DNA of 64,000 bases from the human T2T-CHM13v2.0 reference genome, Homo sapiens. Positions 13,735 to 30,100 of the stretch are shown here, piece after piece. Both the position numbers and the translations under genes were made by a program. Location of the stretch: assembly GCF_009914755.1 (NCBI RefSeq), contig NC_060932.1; one strand, given 5' to 3'. The notes under the pieces are model-generated. The model saw nothing but the letters and a program-made list of their open reading frames with translations, made no database searches and had not been told where the DNA came from. Each line of letters opens with the position of its first letter. Position 1 is the stretch's first letter.

Positions 13735-15607
13735 AGGCTTAAAACTAGAAAAGTATTATAAACCTTCTTGAAAGGATTTGATGCTTAAGATACATTTGTA
13801 AAACATGATAATTTCTTATTGCTTTAGATATTTTCAAGTCTCCAGGTCCCAATGAAATAAACTTATAATTTACTAATATCCCAGGAACACTGGGCAGCAG
13901 TCCAGGGATCAAATTTCCAAGGGGAACTTCCATAATTTTCAAAAATGGGCAGAGGTGGATTCCGAGAACATAAGAACAATTAAGAAAGAAAATGCAGATA
14001 TTGAGTGCCAAGTGAGTCATTTTAACATGTAGAAACCCTGCTTAGAATACTTCTAGCTCTGTTGATCAAGCAGATGGTTTAATCACTTAAGGAAGGAAGA
14101 GGTGATCAGCTAAAACCAGCATCAACTCGCTATGGAGTTATATATACCATACTCATCTCACTTCTTTTTTTGGAGGATGTTAAATTAATAGCAGATCTGG
14201 GAGAACCATATGCCAAATCAGGAAGCCTGGGAGCAGACAATGTTCGTGGCTCCAGCTGGTGGGCGGGCAGTCGATCCACAGGTACCTGAGGTTGAAGGTG
14301 AAGGATAAAGAAGGGACTCAGGATAGGGGACTCCATGTTCAGAACTAGGGTATGTGGAGCCTGGGTCAAAGCTGGAAATGGGGTACACTCACAGAGCTGG
14401 GCAAGCAGCCTGACAGGTTTCTGAGATGGAGATTAGCATGCAGAGGGTTACGGGCTCTTGATCATGAGGGAGTGAAGGAGGAGATGTTGAACTCGGAGGA
14501 AATGTTGAACTAGAGGCCTCTACCTCCTGATCCCATGGGGAGGTCTGGAGTGGGGTGGACTTTTAAGGATGTCTTAAATTGAGGAAAGAGCCAGGCCTTT
14601 GCTCTGCTCCCCATGGACCAGTCGCTGGGATATGAACTGCATGCCTAGGGAGTGCTGTGCCCTTGGGTAATGCTGCAGCCCCTCAGCAGAGAGCACGGTC
14701 AGGGAATCTGCCCAGCTCTGAGCCTGCAGCAGCTGGGGGCAGGAGCTCCTAGCCCTTTAGGGGATTGGTGTGCCTGATGCTGGATCTCCACAACACCCAG
14801 GAAGGTCATCTACAGCCCTCCTAGGCCACCAGCACAACTAGAATTAGAAGCAGCATTGGTAGTGGTGGAAAAGTCACAGCCTTTTGCAGAGATCAGCTCT
14901 TTGCTAGCAAGTTGTTCAACCTCTTTGAGCTTCAAGTTCCTTCTGTGTTTACAGAACACTTAGGGTGAGGATTAAAAGGCATAACACATAAAGCACCTAG
15001 CAATGAGCCTAGCATACGTCAGGTGCTTAACGAATGTTAGTTTTCTTCCCCCAGACTCTAAAAAGGGTAGAACCTGCAAGTGGAAATCAGGTGACTTGGG
15101 AAATAGAGAGAAGCAGGATACAGGGGCTTGAAATCAGGTTGGGGCAAATAACATTCAAAGGAAATCTCTACTGGCAGGATGAAGGGGCCATACCAACCCT
15201 TTTACTAACAGCTTGGAGTGAGCTCAAGAGGACATGTGCATATGAATCTTTAGATGAACCAAAACTTTAAGAAACATCACAATCAAAAGCAAGATGTTAA
15301 AATAAATACATAAATTATATTCAAGAAAAGAAATTTCAGCATGTTGGACGGTAAGAGTCAGAGAGATCACTACAGCTTGAAATGATAGGGTGAAAAAGAA
15401 TATAAAACATAACCCAGAAAAAGTGAAGTGCTTAATATAGGTCCAACAGTTAAGCTGCACATTCTCGCACACATATACACACACACGGAAGTGAATAATA
15501 ATAGCTGAAATGTACTGAGTACCAAGTGCTTCTCATGAGCCTGGCCCTGCACTTTGTGCTTTGTGCATCATGCAGCTAGATAGCATAAAGCACTAAATCC
15601 TTTACAT

Positions 15608-15945
15608 CAGGGGTCCTCAGTCCCCATTCGCTGGCCTGATAGGAACTGGCTGCACAGCAGGAGATAAGCAGCGGGCTCCACCACCTGAGCTCCGCCTCCT
15701 GTCAGATCAGCAGCGGCATTAGATTCTCGTAGCAGCTCGAACCCTATCGTGAACTGCGCATGCAAGGGATCGGGGTTGTGTCTCCTTATAAGAATCTAAT
15801 GCCTGATGATCTGAATGATCTGAGGTGGAACAGTTTTATCCCAAGACCATCCCCCACTCCTCCCACCACAAACAGCCCCCCAGTCTGTGGAAAAACTGTC
15901 TTCCACAAAACTGGTCCCTGGTGCCAGAAAGGTTGGGGACTGTTG
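15608..15945 (+). mobile_element. MER1B hAT-Charlie DNA transposon, inside a MIR-like remnant
   Basis: caggggtcc...ggttggggactgttg termini; exact 8-bp TSD CTTTACAT at 15600-15607 and 15946-15953. Confidence 0.9.
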
Positions 15946-16876
15946 CTTTACATAGATGACTTCATTAATCCTCTCAGCAAATCTGAAACAGGAACTTTTA
16001 TTACCCTTGCTTTTCATAGAAGTGACCTGTGGCTTGGAGGGTAAGTCATTCTGCCCAAGGTCACACAACTTGGAGGAGGTGGAGCTAGGAAACTATCTGG
16101 GAACCTTGAAATGCAAAGCTCACACACACAATCACCACACCATGCTACCACCATCATGTCAGAGGGAAAGAAAACTAATACATAACAACTAAATGTTATA
16201 CCATTTGATAGCCACATTAGTCAGGACATGTGTAATTAAAAAAAAAAAAAAACCTTCAATCCAAAAAGGTTTAAACAAGACAAAAATGCATTGGCTCACA
16301 TAGCTAGAAGTCAGGGTATAAAAAGGCCTAGAGGGTTGACTTATCTCTAGGCCTTATCTAGACTCAGTAGGTTCAAATCCCAATGGCCTTATCTCTATTT
16401 CCCTGAAATCTCTCTGCCTGGCCTCCTGTGGTAATGCAAGCTTCATCCCACGTTGGGGATGACATGTCCACAGCGGATCCAGGGCTCACATCCACGTGCA
16501 ATAAATCCAGAGAAAGAAAGGGTCATTTCCAGGAGTTCACCCAGAAAAGGGAGGAAAAGCTTTCCTAGAAGGGTCCAGCCCAGCTCTACTTCCATCTCCT
16601 GGGCCAAAATTATTTGTTAATGAGTCAAAGGCACAAGATCGCCTTTTGATCAATCAGGCCACCCTTGGAATTGCAAGTGGAGCCAGCATTTCTTGAGACA
16701 CACAGGGTTCCTGGAGAAGGGGCAAATACCTGCAAAAAAGTAGGGTTTGTTAGGAAGAAGAAAAGAAAAGAATGACTCTGGGTTAGACAATCAACAATAT
16801 CTAGTACAATTCTCAGAGAAATGAATTCTCATTCCCCTTTTGCAGATGACCTACGGGTTTAAAACAGTTCTTGTGA

Positions 16877-17192
<316 letters not shown>

Positions 17193-17428
17193 AAGAGCTG
17201 GAATTTTTATCTTGACTATAGACTTCATATGAGCCAATTGTGTCAGGTGATTAGTGCAATCTTGAGTTCATTAAAAAGAACAGCCAGGTCAAGAAAAGAC
17301 ATAGAGTTATTGTATTCAGTACCAGTCCAGTCATATTGGGACTATGGTATCAACTCCAGATACTGCATTTTAAGAGGACTGTCAAACACAGATCATAGAA
17401 GAGGTGGAAGTATAACATAGTCATAAGT

Positions 17429-17730
17429 GGCCAGACACGGTGGCTCACGCCTGTAATCCCGGCACTTTTGGAAGCTGAGGTGGGTGAATCACCTGAGGTC
17501 AGGAGTTCGAGACCAGCCTGAACAACATGGAGAAACCCCATCTCTACTAAAAATACAAAGTTAGCCAGGCATGGTGGCACACGCCTGTAGTCCCAGCTAC
17601 TCAGGAGGCCGAGGTAGGAGAATCGCTTGAACCTGGAAGTCAGAGGTTGTGGTGAGCCGAGATCACGCCATTGCACTCCAGCCTGAACAACAAGAGCCAA
17701 ATTCCATCTCAAAACAAACAAACAAAAAAC
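17429..17730 (+). mobile_element. Alu (AluSq/Sp-like)
   Basis: Full dimer; TSD acatagtcataagt at 17415-17428 and 17731-17744. Confidence 0.95.
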
Positions 17731-17749
17731 ACATAGTCATAAGTGTGGG

Positions 17750-17940
17750 GACTCAGTAGGTTCAAGTCCCAAGTCTGCTCTTCTGCCCTTGTATGGACTT
17801 TAGAAAATTGTGTAAACTCTAAACTTCAGTTTCCTCATCTGTAAAATGGAGATATAGCTAATACCTACCTTGCAGAGTTGCTAGGAAAGTTAAGTAAGAC
17901 AGAAACCTATGAATTCCCACAAGTACAATGTTTACTTGGT
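17750..17940 (+). mobile_element. MIR SINE
   Basis: cttcagtttcctcatctgtaaaatggagata MIR core. Confidence 0.75.
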
Positions 17941-18073
17941 GATCATAGTCTCCAGACTCTAGCTTCTGCTGAATTCATTCAATTCAACAATTTCTTTGAA
18001 TGCACATGCAGCCTCAGCTACTCAGGGAGCTGAGGAACAAGGATCTCTTTAGCTCCAGAGTTTGAGGCCATCA

Positions 18074-18111
<38 letters not shown>

Positions 18112-18719
18112 ATTGCCTGGAAGTCCTATGTGTGCTGTCTGGGCTGTGCCTCTAGCCCAGCTAGACATAAATCCTGGCCCCTTTCCTTGATTTCCTCAGA
18201 AAACAAACAAATCCCATATCCCTAACCCCCTAAAATCCCACTCACATCAGTGGTGAGTGGTCTTACTAAAATATGGGGGAGATGAACAGGGTTTACTTCT
18301 AGGAAACTTTAACACCTTAACATTAAATATTGGGCATTCTTGTTTTCCTTTTTCATAAAATAAATGCATTATCATAAATTCAAGCAGTATAGAGTGTGCA
18401 AAGAAAAAAGTAAAAGTTTCTCTCCCACTATTCCCATTCCCCAGACTAACCACTGATAATATTTTTCGTGTATTTCTCCAGAAATGTTGTATACACAACA
18501 AACACGAACATGTATTATTAGATATGTCTTTAAAGAAGGGGAGAAAAACACTTCATTATTTTGTAACATGAACTTTAGGCTTCAGCCTTGAGAACTGATC
18601 CCTGTATTCCTCAAGGAGAAAAAGCACGCACAGCAGTCAATCAAATACCTACACCGATTTCTTCCAGCCTTGGGCAGAACATTTCAGTCCTTTCAGCTCT
18701 ACTACCAAATTCCGTTTCA

Positions 18720-19119
18720 AGTCAGGCCTCCCTTTGCAAATCTAGGCTCTCAACCTGGCAACGGCTGCAAGTAAAGGTCCTGGGACAAACTTCTCCAAGA
18801 GCCCGCCCTTCCCGGACTCCATCCGGCTGCGCGGGGCAGAGTTCTGCATTGCAGAGGCCGGGCTGTGGGGACCCAGGCCAGCACCACTCAGGGAGCAGCT
18901 TGCTGGGCCCCGTTCCCGGGTGTGAGGGCAGGAAAACTGGCTGAGGAGTCGGCACTAGAAGCCTTGACAGGGGGCGGGCTCCAGGTCCAGCCTTGTCGGA
19001 GTTGACCAAGGGCTTAGGCCAGAGATGAGGAAGAAGGACCCAGAAGGTCCCGGGCGGGCACAGAGGCAGCGCCCAGGGAGGTACGCGCTGGCCGATGAAG
19101 CCAGTGGGTTGTCAGGCGC
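18720..19119. promoter_or_regulatory. GC/CpG-rich promoter- or enhancer-like segment
   Basis: Roughly 20 CpGs in ~400 bp (counted by eye) in an otherwise CpG-depleted window; GC boxes GGGGCGGG (~18971) and GGGCGGG (~19052). Confidence 0.45.
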
Positions 19120-19480
19120 TGTTATGGTTTGGCTGTGTCGCCTCCCAACTCTCATCTTGAATTGTAACTCCCATAATTCCTTCGCGCTGTAGGAGGGAAC
19201 CGATTGGAGATAATTGAATCATGGGGTCGGTTTCCCCCATACTGTTCTAGTGGTAGTGAGTAAGTCTTAGGAGATCTGATGGTTTTATAAGGGGAAACAC
19301 CTTTCGCTTGGTTCTGTTTTCTCTCTTGTCTGCTGCCATGTGAAACCTGCCTTTAGCCTTCTGCCATGATTGTGAGGCCTCCCCAGCCACGTGGAACTGA
19401 GTTCATTAAACTTCTTTTCCTTTGTAAAGTAACCAGTCTTGGGTATGTCTTTATCAGCATCATGAAAACTGACTAATACA
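19120..19480 (+). mobile_element. THE1 (MaLR) solo LTR
   Basis: tgttatggtttggctgtgtc...gaaaactgactaataca; 5-bp TSD GGCGC (19115-19119) / GGTGC (19481-19485). Confidence 0.92.
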
Positions 19481-20113
19481 GGTGCCAAATTAAATATTAA
19501 CAGGGAAGCCAGAGATGTGACAGAAGGCAGGAGAAAAGGAGGCTGTATTCTGTAGAAGCTGCGCTGGAAACGTCTTCTGGAACAGGACCCATTGTCACCC
19601 AGTTTGCCTATGTCCCTTACTCTCTCTACCTCGATTTTGTAGGACACCCCCCATTCTCCCATTCACATTTCAAGAAACAAATTAAGAAAAAAACACATCT
19701 TCTCATCTAAGAAGGAAGGGATGTGGGTTGGCAAATGCGAAGACCCTGCTCAGATCCCAACACTCAGTGTTTATAGTTTTCGCAGTTTGAACTTCATGTG
19801 TATGGAAGTACAAATTTTAAAAAGACTCTTGGTTATTATATTGAATCTGGGGTTGCTCCTTCAGAGCGCAGGAATCTAGAAAGTATTCTCTCTATCTCAT
19901 TGCTACCACGAAATTCCTCCCGTTTCAGAACTGAATTTTTTTTTTTTTTTTTTTTTTTTTGTCACCGTGGGTTAGTCTGGTCCCTGCTGTCTTTTTTCCT
20001 CTCCACCCTTATGTCATTCACCTCGACCCTTTCCTTGACTTTTTGTCCACTGGTACCTTTTCATTACCAAGTTCACTTTCAGTCCTCTGGAAGAAATCAA
20101 AACATTTGTGTGA

Positions 20114-20483
20114 TGTCGAATTAAGTTTGGCCTAAAGGCTTCTCCGTACATAGCAAATTACAACTTAACTTAGCGTGGAAACTGACTGAATCCAAGCCTG
20201 GAGTGTGCGTCTCAGCCAGTCCCAGGCAGCCAGCTCTTCCAACTGTGTTCCAGTAAGACAGACACCAAGCTGACCGATCATCATGAATCTGGCTGTCTCC
20301 CTACCTCACTTCAGTTTTGCGCATATCACGTTTTTCCCTCTGGCTATTAATATAATCCCCACATATGGTGGGGTGGGGCGTTCTGAACCATTTTTGGTCC
20401 AAACTGTTTCCCAATTTCTGAATGGCAATTAAAGCCGATTAAGATCTGCAAAACTAGGTTTATTGTAATTTTGTCTTTCAACA
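20114..20483 (+). mobile_element. MER57-family ERV1 solo LTR
   Basis: tgtcgaattaagtttggcctaaagg...ctacctcacttc...ttttgtctttcaaca. Confidence 0.7.
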
Positions 20484-20544
20484 GTTTTTGCCATCTAAAA
20501 TGTCTATTCTAGTCACACCATTTCATAAAAGTAGAAGGGCAGGA

Positions 20545-21120
20545 AAAAAACAGTGTGGCAGATCCTTAAAAAAATTAAAATTTCCATATGATCCAGCGAT
20601 CCGACTTCTGGGCATATACCTAAAGAATTGAAAGCAGGGTCTTGAAGAGATATTCACACACCCATCTTCATAGCAAGATTATTCACATTAGCCAAAAGGT
20701 AAAAGCAATCTAGGTATCCATCAACAGATGAATGAATAAAGAAAATGTCGTATATCAGTACAATGGAATATTATTCAGCCTTAAAAAAGAATGAAATTCT
20801 TACACATGCTACAACATGGATGAGCCTGGAGGACATTAAGTGAAATAAGCCAGTCACAGAAAGACAAACGCTATATGATTCCACTTATATGAGGCACCTA
20901 AAGTAGTCAAACTCTCAGAAGTAAAAACAGAATGATGGTTCCCAGGGTTAGAGGAAGGGGAGAATGGAAAGTTAGTGTTCAATGGGCATGGAGTTTCAGT
21001 TTTGCAAGGTGAAAAATTTCTACAGATAACACTACTAAACCATATGCTTAAAAATGGCAAAGGTGGCAAGTTTTATATTATGTGTATTTTACACCCTTTT
21101 TTTTCAAAAAAGAAAAGAAA
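20545..21120 (+). mobile_element. L1MB-like 3' end
   Basis: ORF2 C-terminal remnant (ccatatgatccagc...aatggaatattattcagcc) plus L1MB 3'UTR and A tail. Confidence 0.85.
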
Positions 21121-21614
21121 AGTAGAAGACCAGTGGAAGGCTCCCAGGTAAGACAATGACTCTGACTGGGGAAAGGCATGAGGATTCCTAAAAGGTTGCA
21201 CTTAGGTAGGCCTCAGCCCCACCAACAATGTCCTGGTTACTCTCCCAACTTCCTTTCCCTCTGCCACTTCCTTCTGCTAGAAGAGAGCGTTGCTGGAGTG
21301 CCTGCACAGTGGTGTGTGGTCATCTCCATCTGTCTGCCACACCACCCTCAAGTGCCGCTCTCATGCTCTATCTCCCTTGTGAGATCTTCTTTCTGTTTTC
21401 CTCCTGAACCACTGGGGCTTCTCCTCTTCCCCGCCCTTAAGCAAACTCATGATTGTCACTGCTTCTTCTAGCTGGTCCCCAGATTTAAGTCTCCAGAGTA
21501 AATCTGCTGAGCTGAAAATGAGCTCCAACCACCTACAGACATCTCCTCTTGAAGGCTCACAAACAAGACACCTGCAACTCAGCACATGCATGTGGCTTCA
21601 GTTCTCCTCGCTGT

Positions 21615-22198
21615 ATTCATCATGTCTTCTTTTTATTTTTTATTTTTTGCTGTATTTTGATGCCTTGACATACTGGGGTCTTGCTGACCCTGGAGGCATT
21701 TTTCCTCTGAGGGTCACCTAAATCCTGGAGATACCAAACAACTCATCCTAGAGCACACCCTTCAAGTGCAAACCTATCAACTCATAGTGCCACCACCTCC
21801 TCTAGCAGGCTCTTACTCAGGACTACTATTCCCCTGCCATAATCACCCAGGGCCAACTACAAGACAACGAGGGTTAGCCCGGTGCCCCATAGCGCACTGA
21901 AATAATTCAAACCAGCCAATCCTAAGCCTGCTTACTCTGCCTCACCTGTTCCTTCCCTCAAAAATCATAATATGGTTTCCTTCCCTCAAAAACCATAAGA
22001 CTATGGACTCTTGCCCATAGTCCCCATCCTCCCTCTGCCTCCTGATAGACCCTGGTGCTTCTCGGGCATCCTCCCCTGGTGTGGCGTCCTTCCTCCTCTT
22101 GGGATCTACAAGTATATCAAGCTCTTTTTAATGGTAATCATCTTCTGATCTGTTGGCCTCACCACATCTGAATAGTAATATAACTACATTTTAAAGCA
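21615..22198. mobile_element. ERVL LTR (MER77/MER68/MER21-like)
   Basis: cttgctgaccctggag...caaaccagccaatcctaagcctgct...ctgatctgttggcctcacc motifs. Confidence 0.6.
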
Positions 22199-22999
22199 TC
22201 CTCATCAGTTTCTCCTCCTCCTATAATGCCTTTTTCCACAAATGGCAGTTGTAAGAGCTATCTAGAGTCATCCTCTGTCACCTTTTGTAATTTGTACCAT
22301 TTCTACCTTTTTAGCCTCTCTCTCATGTGCTCCTCCTTTCTCTACTTACTGCAACTGTCTAGATCTAGATTCTAAGCATCTTTCACCTGGATTGCCAATT
22401 CTAAAAATAATTAAAGAGGAATTAAGCTACAATTTCCCCCACATGACTCAATATTATTATGATCTTAGTTAAGATTTTATAATTTAAATGACTGTTGGAA
22501 AGTTAGAAAGGACTTTGTGAATCCTGTACACCCTGAAAAGCACAGGTTTAAAAAATATTCTTCCAAAGGATGAGTTTGCAGCTCCCGGTGCACTTATACC
22601 CAACAGATTAATTCATAATCTCTGCTCCCTCTTAAAACTCCAGAAAAATGACAGTAATGAAATGTTTTTAAAAGTATAGAATGAAAGGTAAAGAGAATGG
22701 GAGATGTCAGTGGAAGTGCCATGTCCAAAAATTGGGGGAAAAAGGGTGATACAGCATCAGGGAAAACTCATCCTTAAATGCCCTAGAGAGTGATGTCCAC
22801 AGAGAGCACCCTGAGTCCCACAGCAGAAACCTAAAGATCAGGACTAGGGCTCCAAGTGCCTTAGAAAGCAGGGTTGGGGAGTGTGGCCAGAGAGTGGGAT
22901 TCATCAAGTCCTGGGAAGGAAAAATTAGGTTTACATCCTAGGGAAAGTGAATCAGAGAGGCTCTTGTTTGGACATTTGACACAGCAGCAAGGAGGGAGA

Positions 23000-25170
<2,171 letters not shown>

Positions 25171-26444
25171 ATTCAGATATTGTCAATATAAAATAAATGT
25201 AGGTAACTATTTTAAATGTAACCAGGACTGAAAGTTTTCTTTAAGTGCATTGTGAGTGGAAATATAAGTGTATATTTTTATTGTAAGAGTAAAAGCACTT
25301 GATTTATGAATAACAACTATTATAAAGAACTTTAAAATAGTTAAACAAGGAAATCAATTGACAGCTAAGGAGAATGTTAAGAGACAGCACATCCACTAGA
25401 AAATTTTAGGAAAAACTTTTTCATAATTTGAGTCAAAAATGTTTATAAATATGTAAAATAAACATCAAAGTATATTGTCTTATCCTTATAGATTATTTAG
25501 TGTATAGGTACCATAACATTAAACAAAGTAACCTCTGGGAAATCAATTTGTCTAGGTTAACCAGCTAAGAAATAAATCTTACAGGAAAGAAACATATTTG
25601 CAAAACATTTACAACTTGTAAAAGTGAATTAAAAACAGACTGTCAACTTTACAACCTTAAAATTGTATGAAGAGAAAAACTCCAAAATCACTTTTAACAA
25701 TGCTATGTATAATCGACTTCACTTTAACATGAAAATGCAGATTATGTTTCTCTGGCAGAAATACCGTATAAATGATGTTGTTTTCTTTCTAGCATGTCAC
25801 ATCACATCAGGAGGCATATAATGTTGGTTTGTGTCATTAGTCGTGGTGGTAACTTTGATCACTTGATTAAGATGTCATCCACCAGGTTTCTTCCCTATGA
25901 AATTATTTTTTTCCTTTTATAATGAATAAGTACTTTATGGAGAGATTCTTTGAAGCTATGTGTATATCTGTTTCTCATCAAACTGTCACTAGTTTCTTTG
26001 TTCTTCACTGTACAGGGCACAGGAAAAAACTCATAAGTCTTCCAAAGTGAGAAAGCTGCAGCCCCAGAGGGTAGCCACCCTCACATGACTCGACATGCTG
26101 AAGGGGGCAACCTTTTTGTCTTAATCCTGATACTGGGAGACAGAAAGAAAATTATCTTAGGATATGTAAACACAAATTGGCCTTAACTAGGGTTTTGGTT
26201 GGGTTGGGTTTGCTTTTGGGGAAGGTGGTAACATGGAGCAAATTGACATATTACATGTGGTCTCAAAAAAACCCAGGCTGAGAAATCAAAGTTGTTCCAG
26301 ATGGTAGTGTCCTCAGGCAATTGGCAGTAGCTAATCATCCATGGTGGAAAACAAACTTCAACTACACCTATCAGAATTCCTATAGACAAAGCTCCAAGGT
26401 AAGCTCACATTCAAAAGCATAAATCACTGAAGGAAACAAAGTAT

Positions 26445-26655
26445 CATGGATTTCTCAACCATAACAATATTGGGCAGGATAATTCACTGTGTGGTGCAGT
26501 GCTGTGCATTATAGGATGTTTACCAGCATCCTTGACCTATACAGAGTAGACATAAGAACTACCCTCCCACCTCCCCAGCTGTGACAACCAAAATGTCGCC
26601 AGACTTGTCTAAATGTCCCCTGGAGGGCAAAATCAAACAGGTTCAGAGGCAATGA
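26445..26655. mobile_element. MER20 hAT DNA transposon
   Basis: tttctcaacc...tgtgcattataggatgttt...gtgacaaccaaaatgtc...aaatgtcccctggagggcaaaatc. Confidence 0.8.
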
Positions 26656-26790
26656 ATTAGAGCAATGAGATAAAACTCACAGTGGAATCAGACATTCAAA
26701 AACTTCAGATTTGGGGGTTTTCTGCATATTAAATTCAATAAGTGAGATGTTTCTACTAATTTAAAAGGGGCTTTGAAATGTAATCTGGGT

Positions 26791-27133
26791 CAGCAGTCCC
26801 CAACATTTTTGGCACCAGGGACCAGTTTTGTGGAAGATAATTTTTCCACGGACAGGGGCGTGGGGGTTGGGGGGATTTGGCATGAAACTGTTCCACCTCA
26901 GATCATCAGGCATTAGTTAGATTGTCATAAGGAATGCACAACCTAGATCCCTTACCCACAGAGTTCACAGTAGGGTTTGCACTCCTATGAGAATCTAATG
27001 CCACCGGGGATCTGACAGGTGGAGCTCAGGCCGTAATGCTCGCTGACCTGCTGCTCACTTCCTGCTGTGCAGCTAGGTTCCTAACAGGCCACAGACCAAT
27101 ACCGGTCCATAGCCGAGGGATTGGGGACTCCTG
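26791..27133 (-). mobile_element. MER1B hAT-Charlie DNA transposon
   Basis: Reverse-complement homolog of the 15608-15945 element (cagcagtccccaac...ttggggactcctg). Confidence 0.9.
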
Positions 27134-30100
27134 ATCCTGGAGCCTTATTCTGAAGGCTTCTGTGTATACACGTTAAATACATTTGTATCCCTTTTCTCCT
27201 ATTAACCAGTCTGCCTCATGTTAGTGATTGTTCAATGTTTAGGGGGCCAAGGGCCTTGACCCCCACAGTTATGGTGCAGTAAGCAGGGTCACCAAAGTTG
27301 CTCTGTTCTGAAAGCCACAATGAAGAGAACCCAAGAATCTAAAAACTGGCAAAAAGGTAAGAATTTTTTACCAGTTCGTCTCCCAGACTCTCTCAGTGTA
27401 ATCTGGTTGAGTGGACAGTAAAAATCCATTTGTCTCCTCTGCAAGGTTTTGATTAATGGGAAAAAAGGTTTTGTGTGACTTGTCCTGGGGGTTAGCTACT
27501 CTGATGTACTTTTTGGTACTTTGTGTTATGGATATTCACATTGTCTAATTCGTTTTCTCCCAGAAATAGTATTTTCTTTTGTCTGTCCTTCTGTGTTGTC
27601 CATAAAGAGAGGTACCAGATAAAGTTCCCCATTGTCTTGTTTTATGTCTTCGAGAGCTAGATTTGTGACCAATCTAGATCTGTGACCACTCTCTCTTGGT
27701 CTCTACCATCCAGGGTATCTGATTTCCAGGTCATGTCAAGTGGCCAGCCTGAAAATGGCTGGGATCTTGAGATTTTTTTTGTTCTGAATGTGCCAAGCTC
27801 TTGGGAGAGTATGTCATAAGAAGTCCTATCCATAAGGGGATTTTGTCATCTCAATTTTTGTTGCCTAGTGAGTACTGAGAAAGTACAATTCAGGAGGCTC
27901 TACCCTGTGTCACAGATTAACGGGTCTATGAGTGGTGGCCTCCTCACAAATTTGTGGGTTACTGGAGGCAAACACAATCCTTGACTGTCTGTGGCAACAA
28001 TTGTTTTGCTATCTTAGCCTCTTTCTGGAAAATGGCATCCTTGGGATTGCTTCTTCTCTGAAGAGGCTGCTGGATTGGGTCACTATTGAAATTAAGTTCA
28101 CCATGGAAAATCCAATGGCCAAAAGATGGATCCTGTAAATTACACTGCTAAGTTAAAAAAAAAAATGAGACCTCTAATTCCAAACAATTGATGAAAAGAT
28201 AAAAATCAAATAAAGGTGTCATAGCTAGTCTTAAAAAATATCTTCACTAATTAAAGAGCAAAAATATAATCTAAAACAAAATTACACTTAAACTGCCCAC
28301 TTTGGATTCCATGTAGGATTAATAATCAAGGTTGCTCCATTTGAAGTCCAGTAGTTAAAATTCCCACTGTAGCCTGGGTACAGTTCCTGATAAGAGAATC
28401 AGTCGCTTCTGGTTTTCATTTATTGATCCTTTTCCCTTACATAAACAGCTTTTGATTTCCTGCCTGATTCCATCTTTGGAGCACCTGGGGCTTTGGGGCC
28501 ATTGTGAGTAGACATTCAGCTGAGAAGCTGAGACCCTAGAGAATATGGCTGAACAGAAATGTAAGTTATACCCCATTTATGGCTAGTGAAACTTTCCTTT
28601 CTTTTAGCTATCTTTGGGATGGTTCTGGATCTTGTGCAAAAGCCAGAAGTATCATCTATTTGTCCTGGCTAAAATCTGGTAATAAGAGATTTGGGGCTGG
28701 GCATGGTGGCTCATGTCTCTAATCCCAACTGTTTGAGAGACCAAGGCAGAAGGATTGTTCGCTTCATACTGTCTTTATTAGGTCTTATGATTGTTTGAGA
28801 AACTAAGTCTCCTCTCTATCAAGTGGTAGGATTTTTGCTTTTTGAGTTATTTAAATTTTCACTTTGGCTAAATGAATGGTTTATTTTACAGTTGTGTGAG
28901 TTTATTTTGTGATATCATGTGTTTTAAACCTTTGATATTTTACAAACTCTCCAAAATCAAACTTCAAATTCTAAATTGGTTTTTTTTAAACCACAAATGA
29001 ACTTTTTGACCATTAGGGCCCCTGAAAGACCAAGAGAGACATATTTGGCTTATTTGGTACATAAAATCATATAGGAAACATTGTCAGATATGAAATTGTG
29101 CTTAACTTGCTTTGGGTTTTATTTATGTAAATGTCTTATTAACATGTGTTCCAAAATTGTAAGAGATTCCTGCAATTCTGATATGTCTTAGTATATATTA
29201 TCCATAGTAATTATGATTATTACATTAAATTGTTGTATACCACAGAAATAACCAAATCTCTTTGTCAATTGTGTCTTTAACCATGGCTGTTCTAAGACTT
29301 TTGTCTTCCACAGACAATTTTTGTTTTACTCTGATTCTTCTCAAAAAGCAGTCTATAATCAACTACAATCCAAAATCTGTTTTTTCTTTAAGGAAAATTA
29401 TGGAAGAAATCTTACAAGTACTCTTAAATACAGGTTTCTGATAACTTCAAAGATCATACCATTGAACTAGGGAAAAAGACCTCCAGGACTCTAACTTAAA
29501 TGTTGATGAGGATTGTTGATGATGAGGATCACTAACCCAACACTAAGCAGACAAGAGTTATTACATGGGGTTGAACTAATACAAGACTGAAATAATTTTT
29601 TATGTCTTTTTTTGAAACATTGCTAATTCTTTTTGTTTTGTTTTTCAGAGTGAAGAAAACTTTTTTCTTTTGAGCTATTTATAGCTTATGGCAAATTGGG
29701 TAAAGTATAGTTTTGTGAGCAAAATTTGAATCATTTTTCTTTCTCTCTCTGCCTGCTTTCTCCAGAATTTGGAAACTGTGATTTTTTTTTTTTTTTTTTT
29801 TTTGGATAATGGAATTATTGAGTATATTTGTGAGTGTTCTTAATTTATGGCAATATAGTTATATATTACATAAGCTCAACATAGTTGAATATTGCATAAG
29901 TTCAATAGAATCTGTTTTCATTTCTAACAGGACACAGCTGGAGACGCTGGTTATTTTACCAAGGCTTTCAGTGGATTAGCAGATTTTCAGACATATCAGA
30001 CTGCTTTGAGGAATTAAGGCTGACATTATAGAGCTGGTAAAAAGCCCCTTGGAAAGACTGGCCTCGTATCTTGTCTATGCAATTCCTTTACAAAGTTCCT

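Noticed and set aside
14400-14790. Possible old ERVL LTR (LTR33/LTR16-like); similar faint MLT1-like pieces near 4930-5280 and 16220-16810
   Set aside because: Only short motif resemblance; family and boundaries cannot be supported without a profile search.
18588-19155. Overlapping 66-118 aa ORFs in the GC-rich patch
   Set aside because: Stop scarcity is expected at high GC; no recognisable domain or consistent exon structure.
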